Part shown: positions 39,781-49,893 of the stretch, one piece after another
Layout of the letters: each line of letters starts with the position of its first letter
Position numbering within the stretch: the stretch's first letter is position 1
NCBI GenBank assembly: GCA_046704725.1
Contig: JBJKRI010000006.1
Coordinates: 128,001-192,000, forward strand
Source: Candidatus Woesearchaeota archaeon
Lineage (GTDB): Archaea; Nanobdellota; Nanobdellia; Woesearchaeales; SKIA01
DNA length: 64,000 nt
Direction of reading: 5' to 3'
The notes under the pieces: model-generated
What the model saw: the letters and a program-made list of their open reading frames with translations, nothing else
What the model was told of the DNA's origin: nothing
Database searches by the model: none
Translations under genes and position numbers: made by a program

Positions 39781-40444
39781 TGCGAGCGATCTCCTTCACC
39801 ACGAGGACGATGTTAGCGGGCTCGTTCTTCTTCTCGCGGTCGGGGGATAGCCACGGACTGTCCGTCTCGGTCAATAACTGCTCCATAGGGACCTCCTCGA
39901 CGAGGCGCTGGAAGTGCGTCGCTCGAACGATGGTCGCGGGGATGCTGAAGTAACAACCCATCGCCGCCGCGCGCTTCGCGAGCTTCAGGGAGCCGCCGAA
40001 GCAGTGCATGTCCGCGACGACGCTCCGCCCCTCCAGGAGTTCGATGACATCCGCTTCCGCTTTCCTGCTGTGGATGAGGAGCGGTTTCTTGATCTCCTCG
40101 GCGAGGTCGAGGACCTTGGTGAAGACGTCACGCATCCTCTTTTTGTGCGTGTCGTCATAATGATAGTCGATGCCCACCTCGCCGATGGCGATCGGATCGC
40201 GCTGCTTGATGCCATCGAGGACCGCGTCGACCTCCTCATCGGAGAGCTCGACGGCATCGGTGGGGTACAACCCGAGAGCGGCCTCGACCTCGGGGAAGCG
40301 CTCGGCGAGAGCGAGCGCCTTCCTGTTGGAATCAGGCCCGGTGCCGTTGGTGAGGATGAGACCGACGCCAGACTCCTTGGCGCGCGAGACGATCGACGCG
40401 GGATCGTCGTAGGAGTCGAGATGGCAATGGATGTCGTACCGCAT
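39707..40444 (-). CDS. tatD: TatD family deoxyribonuclease
   Basis: DIHCH, IGEVGIDY, IHSRKA, HCF, LTETDSP. Confidence 0.93.
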   Translation of the reverse strand: MRYDIHCHLDSYDDPASIVSRAKESGVGLILTNGTGPDSNRKALALAERFPEVEAALGLYPTDAVELSDEEVDAVLDGIKQRDPIAIGEVGIDYHYDDTHKKRMRDVFTKVLDLAEEIKKPLLIHSRKAEADVIELLEGRSVVADMHCFGGSLKLAKRAAAMGCYFSIPATIVRATHFQRLVEEVPMEQLLTETDSPWLSPDREKKNEPANIVLVVKEIARIKGLSEEECARLLWENASRFLSRS

Positions 40445-40480
40445 GAGAGCACGAACGAGAGGAACTATTAGAAGGAATCG

Positions 40481-40873
40481 CTAAAGCTTCTTGGCGGCGG
40501 CGTGGCGTCGGAAGGACTCGACGATGTCGATGACGTACTTGCCGTCCTCGAGCTTGTAGACCAGGGGCTGGCGGTCGGTGAAAAGGTTGACCAGGTCGAG
40601 CTCGTAGCGGCCGGGTCCGAGGATGTTGATCGACTCGATGTCCAAGACGACGGGCTTGTCCCGGTCGATCTCGTCGCCGATGAGGCTGAGCACGTCGCTC
40701 TCTATCTGGTTGCGCTGCTCCTCGGAGAGGGCCGCGCCACGCTTCTTGGCCTCCTCGACCTTGTTCTTCTTGACGTAGAAGAAGAACTTCCCGCCGCATT
40801 TGCTGCAGCCGTCGAGGATCTCCTTGCTACCGTCGTCGTAGAAGGTGTTGCACTGCACGCACTGGTGGGGCAT
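40481..40873 (-). CDS. Zn-ribbon protein (OapC/DUF2072)
   Basis: MPHQCVQC...GCSKCGGKFF, ESINILGPGRYELD. Confidence 0.88.
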   Translation of the reverse strand: MPHQCVQCNTFYDDGSKEILDGCSKCGGKFFFYVKKNKVEEAKKRGAALSEEQRNQIESDVLSLIGDEIDRDKPVVLDIESINILGPGRYELDLVNLFTDRQPLVYKLEDGKYVIDIVESFRRHAAAKKL

Positions 40874-40912
40874 GTGCCTAGCAGTCTCAGACGCGCTATA
40901 TAAAGGATTCGC

Positions 40913-41365
40913 TTAGCCGAGGAGGTCCAGGGCCGCGACGCAGAGCCGCCTGGTGCTCTCCGGGATATCCATGCTCTCTATCTCCTCGCGGGTGCACCAC
41001 TTGCAGACCGTGCGCTCGTGATTGTCGGGCTGCACGACACGGTCGCTGTCGGCGCTGGCCGCGAACTCGATGCAGAAGTGGTCGTGGGTCTCGGACACCT
41101 TGTGCCGGTCGATCGCGAGGGGCTGCGGGAAGAGCGTGAACTCGTCTCCTGGAGCGTAATCAGGCTCTCCGGGGATGTGCACGTCCAGGCCGACCTCCTC
41201 CTTGGCTTCCCGATGGGCAGCCTGGAGCGGATCCTCTCCCGGGTCGACGTGGCCACCGACTCCCAGCCAGAGGTCCCATTTGTCGTGCAGCCGCAGCAGG
41301 ACCTTCCCGTCGTGCACGATCCAGAGCTGGACCACGAAACAGCAGCTGTCGTCGGTGTGCGGCAT
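40913..41365 (-). CDS. NUDIX hydrolase
   Basis: GGHVDPGE...AAHREAKEEVG. Confidence 0.9.
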   Translation of the reverse strand: MPHTDDSCCFVVQLWIVHDGKVLLRLHDKWDLWLGVGGHVDPGEDPLQAAHREAKEEVGLDVHIPGEPDYAPGDEFTLFPQPLAIDRHKVSETHDHFCIEFAASADSDRVVQPDNHERTVCKWCTREEIESMDIPESTRRLCVAALDLLG

Positions 41366-41427
41366 ATGACAGATGAGCAGACAACTCGCTCAAAAGCTTT
41401 CGTGTGCGCGACGTGCGGAAAACAAAC

Positions 41428-41793
41428 TCACTGCGTGAGCAACTGGATCTTGTCTGGGTCCTGCTTGATCTCCTTGACCACAGACGCGGGGCCGATGATG
41501 GTCAGGCCGGCGCGGTTGCCTTGGAGCAGGTTCACGAGCCTGCTCTTGAGCTTGCCGAGGAACTCCTGGTTGCCCGCGTCAGGGTACAAGACAGCGAGCT
41601 CGATGCCCTTGAACTTCTTGTCGATGGACTCCATCGTCTTCTGGATGAGCGATCCCTCCTCCTCGGGGGTCAGGCGTCCTTCCATGAGCACGATCTTGTT
41701 CTGCTTGGCCACAGCCAATAGTTTCTTGATGCGCTCCTTGCTCGACAGGCCGTCGATCTCCTGATAGGGGATGAACTGGAGGGTGAGGCTCAT
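41428..41793 (-). CDS. DUF2073 protein (OapB)
   Basis: EGRLTPEEE..LIQKTM...FKGIE, GLTIIGPA; start MSLTLQF at 41793. Confidence 0.85.
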   Translation of the reverse strand: MSLTLQFIPYQEIDGLSSKERIKKLLAVAKQNKIVLMEGRLTPEEEGSLIQKTMESIDKKFKGIELAVLYPDAGNQEFLGKLKSRLVNLLQGNRAGLTIIGPASVVKEIKQDPDKIQLLTQ

Positions 41794-42419
41794 TTCGTCA
41801 CCTCGAACAACGACTCGTAGAAGTCCTCGATGTGCTTTCCGAACTTCGCGCTGATACCGACGATCTTGTACTGCGGGAACGCCGCCTGGATGCGTTTCAG
41901 ATCGGATTTCTTGAGGTCCGTCTTGTTCGCGACGAGCAGTACCGGGATGTCCCGTGCCTGCAGGTTGCCCACGATCGTGATGTTGACCTGACTGTAGGGG
42001 TCCTTGGTGGAGTCCAGGACGACGATGACCGCGTCCATGTCGTCGAGCCACTTGATGGCGTCGATGACGCCCTTGGTCGCTTCCTTGGCGCGGGACTTGG
42101 CGTCCTTCTCCTTCATGCCCGACTTGATGAACTCCTCGTAGTCGATCTTCGTGGCGATACCAGGAGTGTCGACGAGGTTGAAGGTGAGCTCACGGCCGTC
42201 CTTGCTCTTGATGGTCACACTCTCCTTGATCTGGACCTCGCGCGTCTCGTGCGCCATGCTCGAGACGGATCCCATCTCCTCGCCGAGCCAGTCCTCGCAG
42301 ATACGGTTCGCGAGCGTGGTCTTGCCGCCGTTCGGAGGACCGTACAGGCCGAGCTTGACCTGCTTCTTACCGCCGAACAGGTCGCGGAAAAGTGACTTCA
42401 GGAAGCTGGTCAGGCTCAT
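41790..42419 (-). CDS. Era-like GTP-binding protein (OapA)
   Basis: GLYGPPNGGKTTLANRI, HETR, DTPG, ANKTD, ISA. Confidence 0.9.
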   Translation of the reverse strand: MSLTSFLKSLFRDLFGGKKQVKLGLYGPPNGGKTTLANRICEDWLGEEMGSVSSMAHETREVQIKESVTIKSKDGRELTFNLVDTPGIATKIDYEEFIKSGMKEKDAKSRAKEATKGVIDAIKWLDDMDAVIVVLDSTKDPYSQVNITIVGNLQARDIPVLLVANKTDLKKSDLKRIQAAFPQYKIVGISAKFGKHIEDFYESLFEVTK

Positions 42420-43033
42420 GGATAGAGATAAACCCGCTCCGTGCTCATCACGTCAGGCGTGTCGAACTCCGTCGTGGTCGGGGTGCCGATCTTCGGGATG
42501 AAGCTGATGCGCACATGCTGTCCTTCGCCGATCTTGTTGGTCACGTTGAAGTACAGCTTAATCACGTCGCCACGGACGAGGACGCCATTCTGGTGCGAGG
42601 GCCCCTCCTGCATATATTCCACCGTGAAGTTCCCAGTCTTGCCGGACACCTGTACACAATCCACCGCAGTGGTGTTCGTGCCACAGTATGCAGAGGCGTT
42701 AGTGAAGTTCCGGTAGTTGTACGTGATCGAGTCGGTGGATGTCGAGTAGGTCAATGTCACGTCAGCAAGCTTAATGGGGTCGCTGCCCGGAGCCAGCTTC
42801 ATGACTTCGGAGAAGGCATTGATTCCCGCAGTGTCTGAACCGTTGGTGGCGGAGACCTCAAGCACCAAGGCGTTGGTGCTGATTTGGCTCGTGGCCTGCG
42901 TGCCCGTGGAGAGGGCACGTTGCTGCAGGCTTCCCGCGGTCTGTATGAGCACTCCGGCCGCAACAGCCGCGACCAGCAATAGCGATATGAAGATTATCAG
43001 CGTCCCTACACCCATCTCTGCTTTTCGGTTCAT
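42416..43033 (-). CDS. Archaellin (archaeal flagellin)
   Basis: Class III signal KA/EMGVGTLIIFISLLLVAAVAAGVLIQT. Confidence 0.88.
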   Translation of the reverse strand: MNRKAEMGVGTLIIFISLLLVAAVAAGVLIQTAGSLQQRALSTGTQATSQISTNALVLEVSATNGSDTAGINAFSEVMKLAPGSDPIKLADVTLTYSTSTDSITYNYRNFTNASAYCGTNTTAVDCVQVSGKTGNFTVEYMQEGPSHQNGVLVRGDVIKLYFNVTNKIGEGQHVRISFIPKIGTPTTTEFDTPDVMSTERVYLYP

Positions 43034-43111
43034 GATGTCTCTGGGTCTCCACCGTCGCAGTAGTATATAAAGCTTTTCGTGTTTTCGGAAAGAGGAAAAG
43101 GAAAAGAGAGT

Positions 43112-43750
43112 TCAGGGATACAAGTAGACCCGCTCGGTACTGATGACATCCGGCGTGTTGAACTCCACGAGGGTCGGGGTACCGATCTTCGGGATGAAGT
43201 TTATCCGGACGGCCTCGTCCTGGGCGATGGAGAACGGCGCGTCGAAGTATACCCGGATGACATCGCCACGCTGGAGGTTCCCATCGAGGTGATTGGTCCC
43301 ATTGATCAGATAGTCCACCGTGAAGTTGCCAGTGTACGAACCGGAGCCCGCGGAGGCGGTCCCCGCACACTGGCTCGCAGTGAGGTTCGCGGTGGCGTTC
43401 GAGCAATAGACCGAAGTATTGGTCGGGGCCCGATAAATCAGTGTCGTGGTCGAGTTCACCGTGTTGAACGTCAAGGTGACCTCGCTGAGCTTGATCGGAT
43501 CGGAGCCGGGACTCAACTTCATCTGCATCGAGAAGTTCTCCACCGTCTGGTCCGTGCCATCCACTGCCGAGACCTCGATGACCTTCGCGTTGGTGGATAT
43601 CTCACCCTTCGATTGCTGGCCCGTCGATAGGGCCTTCTGCTGGAGGCTGCCAGTGGTCTGCAGGAGAACACCTGCAGCGACCGCGGCGACCAACAGCATA
43701 GCAATAAAGATAATGAGGGTGCCGACACCCATCTCCGCACGTCTACTCAT
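43112..43750 (-). CDS. Archaellin
   Basis: RA/EMGVGTLIIFIAMLLVAAVAAGVLLQT. Confidence 0.88.
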   Translation of the reverse strand: MSRRAEMGVGTLIIFIAMLLVAAVAAGVLLQTTGSLQQKALSTGQQSKGEISTNAKVIEVSAVDGTDQTVENFSMQMKLSPGSDPIKLSEVTLTFNTVNSTTTLIYRAPTNTSVYCSNATANLTASQCAGTASAGSGSYTGNFTVDYLINGTNHLDGNLQRGDVIRVYFDAPFSIAQDEAVRINFIPKIGTPTLVEFNTPDVISTERVYLYP

Positions 43751-44325
43751 GGATACAGGTAGACCCGCTCCGTGCTGATGACATCCGGCGTGTCGAATAT
43801 CACCCGCGTGGACGTGCCGATCTTCGGGATGAAGTTCAGACGCACATAGGCCCCTTCACCGATGGAACTCGGCGCGAGGAACTGCATCTCGACCACATCG
43901 CCGCGCACCATGACACCGTTCTGGTGGTTCGCGCCCTGCTGCAGGTACGTGACCACGAACGTCCCGTTCTGGTCCGTCGCGTTCACCGAAGGCGTGCTCG
44001 ACGCATTGTCATAGATGTACGTCGTCGTCGTGTTGACCGTGTTCAGCGTCAGCGTGGAATCGCCCAGCTTGATTGAATCGCTTCCCGGTGCGAGCTTCAT
44101 GATCATCGAGAAGTTCTCGATGTTCTGGTTCGTCCCGTCGACCGCACTGACCTCAAGCACGACAGCGTTCGTGCTGATCTGGCTCGTGGCCTGAGAACCG
44201 GTGGACAACGCTCGTTGCTGGAGGCTCCCAGCAGTCTGTATAAGCACTCCTGCAGCCACCGCGGCGACGAGCAGGAGAGATATGAAGATTATCAGGGTTC
44301 CGACGCCCATTTCTCCTTTTCTCAT
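43747..44325 (-). CDS. Archaellin
   Basis: MRKG/EMGVGTLIIFISLLLVAAVAAGVLIQT; GGAGTGA RBS upstream. Confidence 0.88.
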   Translation of the reverse strand: MRKGEMGVGTLIIFISLLLVAAVAAGVLIQTAGSLQQRALSTGSQATSQISTNAVVLEVSAVDGTNQNIENFSMIMKLAPGSDSIKLGDSTLTLNTVNTTTTYIYDNASSTPSVNATDQNGTFVVTYLQQGANHQNGVMVRGDVVEMQFLAPSSIGEGAYVRLNFIPKIGTSTRVIFDTPDVISTERVYLYP

Positions 44326-44490
44326 TACTATCACTCCATGCAGGGTCTCTCCCCTGCTCTCTCCACGTCGAACCTGAAAGTGGTCGTATTTAAACTTTCC
44401 TACACTCCGAAAAACACAACCAGACCCCGGAAAGCCCTGTTCCCAAACACCACGACAAGCAATAAGAACCGTCGCGCGTTCCACAAAGCG

Positions 44491-46191
44491 ATGCGCAAGC
44501 CGACCGACATCCCAAACGCTCCAGGAGTATACCTGTTCTCGGACGCGGACGGCGCGATCCTCTATGTGGGCAAGGCGGCGAGCCTGAAGAAACGACTGGC
44601 GAGCTACTTCCGAAAGGACGTGGACGACAAGACGCGACGCATGCTTGAGAAAGCAGCGCAGGTCGACACGATCACCGTGCGCAACGAGGTCGAGGCGCTC
44701 CTGCTCGAGAACCGGCTCATCAACCAACACATCCCGCCGTACAACATCATGCTCCGCGAGAGCAGGCGATACGCATGGATACTCGTCACGGACGAGCGGT
44801 TCCCAAGGATCCTGACCGCGCGCAACAAGCGACGGCGTGGACACTATTACGGGCCGTACACGGACGGGACGGCGCGACGGGCGATCGTGCTCGGTCTCAA
44901 CAAGGCCTTCCGATTGCGGACCTGCCGGACACTGCCCAAACGCGTCTGCCTGCAATACCACATCGGCAACTGCACCGGACCGTGCGAGGGACACGACACG
45001 AAAGAGGAATACTCGCGAAGGGTGAGGGATGCCGAAGCGGTGCTTCAGGGAAAGACACGTGCGCTCGTCGCGCGCTTGGAGAAAGAGATGCGCGACGCAT
45101 CGGCGAAGCAACGCTTCGAGCAGGCGAAGACCGTGCGGGACACGATCGCCGCGCTCGAGCGCCTGGAGACGACGCAGGTCGTCGAGCGCGAGGAGACCCA
45201 CGACCAGGACGTCATCGGGAACGCGTCGAACGAGGAGGAGGTCTTCGTCGTCTTGTCCGTGCGGCGCGGCGTCATCGCTCGAAAGCGCGAGTACCGGCTG
45301 CCCCAGGCGCCCGACGCCCAAGAGACGTTCCTCACGGCATTGTACCGCGAGGCGATACCGCCAAAAGAGATCATCGTGGGCGGGCTGAGCGAGGAACGGG
45401 CAAGAACGCTCGCAACATACTTCTCGAAGCTCGTGGAGGGCACGGTGAACGTGACCGTACCGCAGCGAGGCGACAAGCGACGATTGCTGGAGCTGGCACA
45501 GCAGAACGCGACGCTCGCGCTGACACGGGAGGATCCGGGCCTTGCGAGCCTGCAGAAGCGACTGAACCTCGCCGCGGCGCCGGAGACGATCGACTGTTTC
45601 GACATCTCAACGCACCAAGGGGCGGAGACGGTGGCGGCGAGCGTGCGCTACCGCAACGGCAAACCCGACCCGTCGGAGTACAGGCACTTCATCATCCGCG
45701 ACGCTGTGCACGACGACTTCGCCTCCATGCGCGAAGCGGTGTCCAGAAGGTATGCTAGTTCACCGTTACCGGACCTGATCGTCATCGACGGCGGCAACGG
45801 ACAGCTGTCGGCGGCGGGAGTGGCATTGGCCTCGCAAGACCATGTGACGGTCATAGCGCTCGCGAAGAAAGAGGAGGAGATCTACGTGCCCGGACTGTCG
45901 TTTGCGCTACGCATGGACGACAAGGATCCAGGGCTCTTATTGTTGCGGCGCATCCGGGACGCGACGCACCGCTTCGTCATCGGGCACCACCGCGGGCGGC
46001 GGCGAAAAGCCATGAGCGCGAGCATGCTCGACCACGTGTCCGGCATCGGAGCGGCGAGAAAAGACAAGCTCTACAAGCGCTTCGGGACGTTCGAGCATAT
46101 CGCGGAAGCGAGCAAGAAAGAACTGCAGGATGTATTGGGGGAGAGGACCGGAACCCACTTATACAAGCGATTGCACGACGCAGCGCGATGA
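44491..46191 (+). CDS. uvrC: Excinuclease ABC subunit C
   Basis: GIY-YIG (PGVYLF..LYVGKA), Cys cluster, DCFDIS, DLIVIDGG.GQ, HhH. Confidence 0.95.
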   Translation: MRKPTDIPNAPGVYLFSDADGAILYVGKAASLKKRLASYFRKDVDDKTRRMLEKAAQVDTITVRNEVEALLLENRLINQHIPPYNIMLRESRRYAWILVTDERFPRILTARNKRRRGHYYGPYTDGTARRAIVLGLNKAFRLRTCRTLPKRVCLQYHIGNCTGPCEGHDTKEEYSRRVRDAEAVLQGKTRALVARLEKEMRDASAKQRFEQAKTVRDTIAALERLETTQVVEREETHDQDVIGNASNEEEVFVVLSVRRGVIARKREYRLPQAPDAQETFLTALYREAIPPKEIIVGGLSEERARTLATYFSKLVEGTVNVTVPQRGDKRRLLELAQQNATLALTREDPGLASLQKRLNLAAAPETIDCFDISTHQGAETVAASVRYRNGKPDPSEYRHFIIRDAVHDDFASMREAVSRRYASSPLPDLIVIDGGNGQLSAAGVALASQDHVTVIALAKKEEEIYVPGLSFALRMDDKDPGLLLLRRIRDATHRFVIGHHRGRRRKAMSASMLDHVSGIGAARKDKLYKRFGTFEHIAEASKKELQDVLGERTGTHLYKRLHDAAR

Positions 46192-46961
46192 GAGACTGCA
46201 TAGAACGGCTCGTCATAGAAGCCGGCGAAATCGTCATGCCCTACTTCGGGAACACCAGCCACGTCGAGAAGACGTCTCGCGCGGACGTCCTCACGGAGGC
46301 CGACCTAGCGAGCGAGCGCCACATCATCGAGAGCATCCGGCACGATTTCCCCGACGACAACATCTTCAGCGAGGAGGCGGGCGGGATCAAGGACTTCTCG
46401 GGGCGCACATGGATCGTCGACCCGATCGACGGGACGCACAACTTCTCACGGCATTTGCCTGTCTTCGCCATCATGGTCGCGCTCGTGGAGAACGAAAAAG
46501 TGATGCATTCGGCGATCAGGGTCCCAGTCACCAAGGAGACGTTCTCCGCCAGCCGCGGCGAAGGGGCGTACCGCGACGGCGAGCGCATCACGTGCTCGAC
46601 GCACGCGGCGGTGGACGATAGCGTGGGCCATCTCGACTTCCCATGGGACGATCCGACGTGGGAAGAAGCGATGATCGCCGTCCATGACAGGATCCTCCGG
46701 GAGAACGGCTCGCTCAAGGACTTGTTCTCCATCGGCGTCTCTGGAGCGCAGATAGCGTGCGGAAGGTCCGACCATTTCTTCGGCGCTGGAGCACGCATCT
46801 GGGATTACGCCCCGATCTCGCTCATCCTCGAGGAGGCAGGGTGCATCGTGACAGGGCTCGATGGCAAGCCATGGACCATCACCGAGCCGAGCCTGCTCGC
46901 CGCGAACCCCATGCTGCATGCGCAGCTCCTCCGACATTTCACGGACGCGAAGGAGCGATAG
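46188..46961 (+). CDS. Inositol monophosphatase family protein
   Basis: SEE, WIVDPIDGT.NF, WDYA...LILEEAG. Confidence 0.92.
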   Translation: MRDCIERLVIEAGEIVMPYFGNTSHVEKTSRADVLTEADLASERHIIESIRHDFPDDNIFSEEAGGIKDFSGRTWIVDPIDGTHNFSRHLPVFAIMVALVENEKVMHSAIRVPVTKETFSASRGEGAYRDGERITCSTHAAVDDSVGHLDFPWDDPTWEEAMIAVHDRILRENGSLKDLFSIGVSGAQIACGRSDHFFGAGARIWDYAPISLILEEAGCIVTGLDGKPWTITEPSLLAANPMLHAQLLRHFTDAKER

Positions 46962-46985
46962 CCGCACGACCTTTCTGACGCAGAA

Positions 46986-47285
46986 TCAGTGCACGGCAGG
47001 ACGATGCACGTCGTAGGAGCTGTCGTGGAACACGTAGATCGTCGGACCACTGCCTCGAGGATAATAGACCTGCAACGACAGTGGGCGCCCCGGCAGCAAG
47101 GACGGCTCGAGTCGTTTCCACGTCGGGTCAGCGACAAAGACACCGAGCGCCGCTGTTTTCTCATCGATCGTCGGCAACGCAGCGATGCGATTCATCTCGC
47201 CTCGAACGGTCCTTCCGATCACGCGAGGGCCATCGCGGCTTCCCAGAGCGCCAGGCATCGGCCCGGGCATCAATCGTCCTCCCAT
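46986..47285 (-). CDS. Hypothetical protein
   Basis: ORF fills the gap; no recognisable motif. Confidence 0.35.
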   Translation of the reverse strand: MGGRLMPGPMPGALGSRDGPRVIGRTVRGEMNRIAALPTIDEKTAALGVFVADPTWKRLEPSLLPGRPLSLQVYYPRGSGPTIYVFHDSSYDVHRPAVH

Positions 47286-47339
47286 ACGCAGCGGAATCGC
47301 ATCTTGTTCAAAAAGGTTCTGCGCGATGCGTGGGGCGGA

Positions 47340-48740
47340 CTACGACGAGGAAAAATCCTCCGCAGTCCAACGCGCGTAGAACGCGTCCACGGCCCGTTCC
47401 ATATAGCGCAGTCTCGCCGGACTGCCGCGTTCCGGACTCATGAAACGTTGCAGGGAGTCTTTCGGAACAGCATATATCTCCGGGCGTGAGGATCCCACCA
47501 CCTTCACGCCGACCTCTCTCAAGTACTCCAGCACGTGATGCGTATTCCGACGGACGCCCTCGAATCCATGCATGTCCTTGCTCGTGAACAGCATGAACGG
47601 TTTTCCGGAGATACTGTTGAACAGGCTTCCACGGATCTCCTCACGCATCCGCCCGTATATCGATGATTCATTGTCTAGCGCGAGCGGCAGCTCTTCCTCT
47701 GTCAGGTACAGCACGCCTTGCGGTAGAGCACCCCCAGTAACGAACCCTCCGCGCAAGCGACCTTCTCGTATTCTTGTCTCAAGCGTCGGTTTGCGGAGGG
47801 CTCCCGGAAGGGACCCGAAGTGCTTCGTGGTGACAAGAAGGACTCCTGGCGAGTACCAGCCCGGCAGGCCGTCGAGCGTTGACAGGCCTCCTTCGTACGC
47901 TCCCACAGAAGTCTCTACAGGATGGAGCTTGGGCTGGTGGCCGTTCATGGAGATGTCATCGACATCGATATGCCCTTCCCATCGGTTCACTATGCTGCGC
48001 ATCACGACGGCGTGGAGCTCCCGCACGTTGCCCGGCCACGCCTCATTTTTGAGTCGCTCCACCGCCGCTTCGGTGAAGCCGAGGGTCTTCGCCTCGAAAT
48101 GGCTGCGCGTGCGTGCATGGAGATATGCCACGATCTCCGGAATATCATCCGGTCGCTCGCGCAATGGCGGGACGATGATCTCGTACTGCGCGATGCGATG
48201 GAAGAGGTCCCGACGGAATCCGTCCTCGAACGCGTCGCGCAGCGATGCGTTGGTCGCGGAGAGCACGCGGGTGACGACCTTCTGCGGCAAGGTATCTCCG
48301 ACCGGAATGATAAGGTCCTCCTCAAGGAAGCGCAGGAGCTTTGGTTGGAGCTGGGGCGGCATGTCGCCTATCTCATCGAGGAACAACGTCCCTCCTTCAG
48401 CTGCCTTCACGAAGCCCTTGCTGTCCGAGCTCGCCCCGGTGAACGCGCCCTTGCGGTGCCCGAACAGCGTCGACTCCGCAAGATCCAGAGGGAGGGCCGA
48501 GCAATTCACGGCGACGTACGGATTCATGGCGTTGGGACCGAGATGATGGAGGGCACGGGCGACGAGCTCCTTGCCGACGCCAGTCTCTCCCTGGATGAGC
48601 ACACGGATGTCGAGCTGTGCCAGGCGGCGTATCTGTTCATAGAGCGTCTGCATCGGTGCGGAAGAGCCGATAATCCGAAAATCGGTTCCGGGAATCTGCA
48701 AGGACCGCATGATTCCACGAGTCAATAGTGACGTATTCAA
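47340..48740 (-). CDS. Sigma54-interaction (bEBP-type) AAA+ ATPase with unrecognised C-terminal domain
   Basis: GETGVGKE, ESTLFGHRKGAFTGA, GTLFLDEIG, FRRDLFHR, WPGNVREL. Confidence 0.88.
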   Translation of the reverse strand: MNTSLLTRGIMRSLQIPGTDFRIIGSSAPMQTLYEQIRRLAQLDIRVLIQGETGVGKELVARALHHLGPNAMNPYVAVNCSALPLDLAESTLFGHRKGAFTGASSDSKGFVKAAEGGTLFLDEIGDMPPQLQPKLLRFLEEDLIIPVGDTLPQKVVTRVLSATNASLRDAFEDGFRRDLFHRIAQYEIIVPPLRERPDDIPEIVAYLHARTRSHFEAKTLGFTEAAVERLKNEAWPGNVRELHAVVMRSIVNRWEGHIDVDDISMNGHQPKLHPVETSVGAYEGGLSTLDGLPGWYSPGVLLVTTKHFGSLPGALRKPTLETRIREGRLRGGFVTGGALPQGVLYLTEEELPLALDNESSIYGRMREEIRGSLFNSISGKPFMLFTSKDMHGFEGVRRNTHHVLEYLREVGVKVVGSSRPEIYAVPKDSLQRFMSPERGSPARLRYMERAVDAFYARWTAEDFSSS

Positions 48741-48809
48741 AAAGCTTTTCTTCGAAAAAGCAATGGCGTCCGGCAGCGAAGACGCATAACGCCGGCTTCT
48801 CGCAGTGTC

Positions 48810-49151
48810 CTATCCTTCACGGACGACGCTCTGGCACCAACCATGCTTGCGGAAGAAATCGTAGTGGGTGATCTGCGAATAACCGTTGAAACGGTCCCTG
48901 ACCGCCGTTACTCGCACGACACAGCTTGACGAAGCGTATCCTTCCCGCAGGTCGGGGCGCAGGAACACGGAGAGCAAGACATTCCTCCCGAACGGATCGT
49001 GCATGATGTAATCGCGGAGGATGTCGAAGACCTGCCGGTCCGAGGCGTCCGACGGCAACGAATCCACGAGGGACTCGAGATGTTTCGAGAGGCTTCCCCC
49101 GCCCAGGCAGAAGCGGAAGTCGAGCGACGGTGTCGCGGGTTCCATGGCCAC
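48810..49151 (-). CDS. Hypothetical protein
   Basis: 113-aa ORF; TTTAAG upstream. Confidence 0.45.
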   Translation of the reverse strand: MAMEPATPSLDFRFCLGGGSLSKHLESLVDSLPSDASDRQVFDILRDYIMHDPFGRNVLLSVFLRPDLREGYASSSCVVRVTAVRDRFNGYSQITHYDFFRKHGWCQSVVREG

Positions 49152-49243
49152 GTCCAGGCGAGCGGATACTTAAACGTTGGGCGGACCGGAACACGACAGG
49201 CTGCTCGCACAAACATCTTAAGCACGGGGTCGCTCCCAGCCTC

Positions 49244-49388
49244 ATGCCCAGAAACACGGTCTTCTCGCTCAAAGCGCCACAAGCCGGCGGGCGGGCAGCC
49301 CGAAGCCATCAAGGAGCTGCTGGACGGCTACAAGAAGCAGCAGAAGCAGACCCTGCTCGGCGTGACCGGATCAGGCAAGACATTCTTC
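49244..49388 (+). pseudogene. Frameshifted, truncated copy of the uvrB 5' end
   Basis: Nucleotide match to 53226-53352 with a 2-nt deletion (GCGCC--ACAAG vs GCGCCGTACAAA); similarity ends just after GSGKTF. Confidence 0.85.
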
Positions 49389-49467
49389 TTGACGAAGTCA
49401 AGACTATCTGTCCGAAGGACGCGGGCACTTCCGTTTTTATGCTAAAATAGCTCGGATTCCAAAATTG

Positions 49468-49526
49468 AACTAACAGACGGGTTGAGCGCGTTGTGAAACA
49501 ATACGTGCTAGTCATTTGTTAATGGC
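49468..49526. repeat. attC-like site 1
   Basis: AACTAACAGACGGGTTGAGCGCGTTGTGAAACAATACGTGCTAGTCATTTGTTAATGGC. Confidence 0.8.
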
Positions 49527-49617
49527 TTGTAAGTGATTTTTAGTGCAAGATACTCAATGAAAGCGCAAGAATTATATAATAGAAAAGGATACATTTCTGT
49601 ATCAATAGGTGATGTAA

Positions 49618-49893
49618 ATGTCTGCTATTCTAGATGCGGATCCGAAGCACTGGCCCACGCTAAACACAGTGATCATGGTAGAGCAAACAATAAACAAGCT
49701 CGACGATAGTATCGTCACTGTTCCTCAAATCAAACGCGCGTTGCCACGAAAAGTCAACCATAATACCCTCAAACTCATCCTCAAGTACTTAGAGGAAAGT
49801 AACAAGATCGCCGTAAGCATAGATGGAATTACCTGGATCCACAATCAGAATCAAAAGCTACAACGAGCGATTCAATCAGGTTTAGAGCTGTGA
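49618..49893 (+). CDS. Cassette 1 putative antitoxin (winged-helix-like)
   Basis: 91 aa; GTGA overlap with a RelE-like gene. Confidence 0.6.
   Translation: MSAILDADPKHWPTLNTVIMVEQTINKLDDSIVTVPQIKRALPRKVNHNTLKLILKYLEESNKIAVSIDGITWIHNQNQKLQRAIQSGLEL

Noticed and set aside
42416-44325. Repeated DNA blocks as a recombination cassette system
   Set aside because: They are the conserved N- and C-termini of three paralogous archaellins
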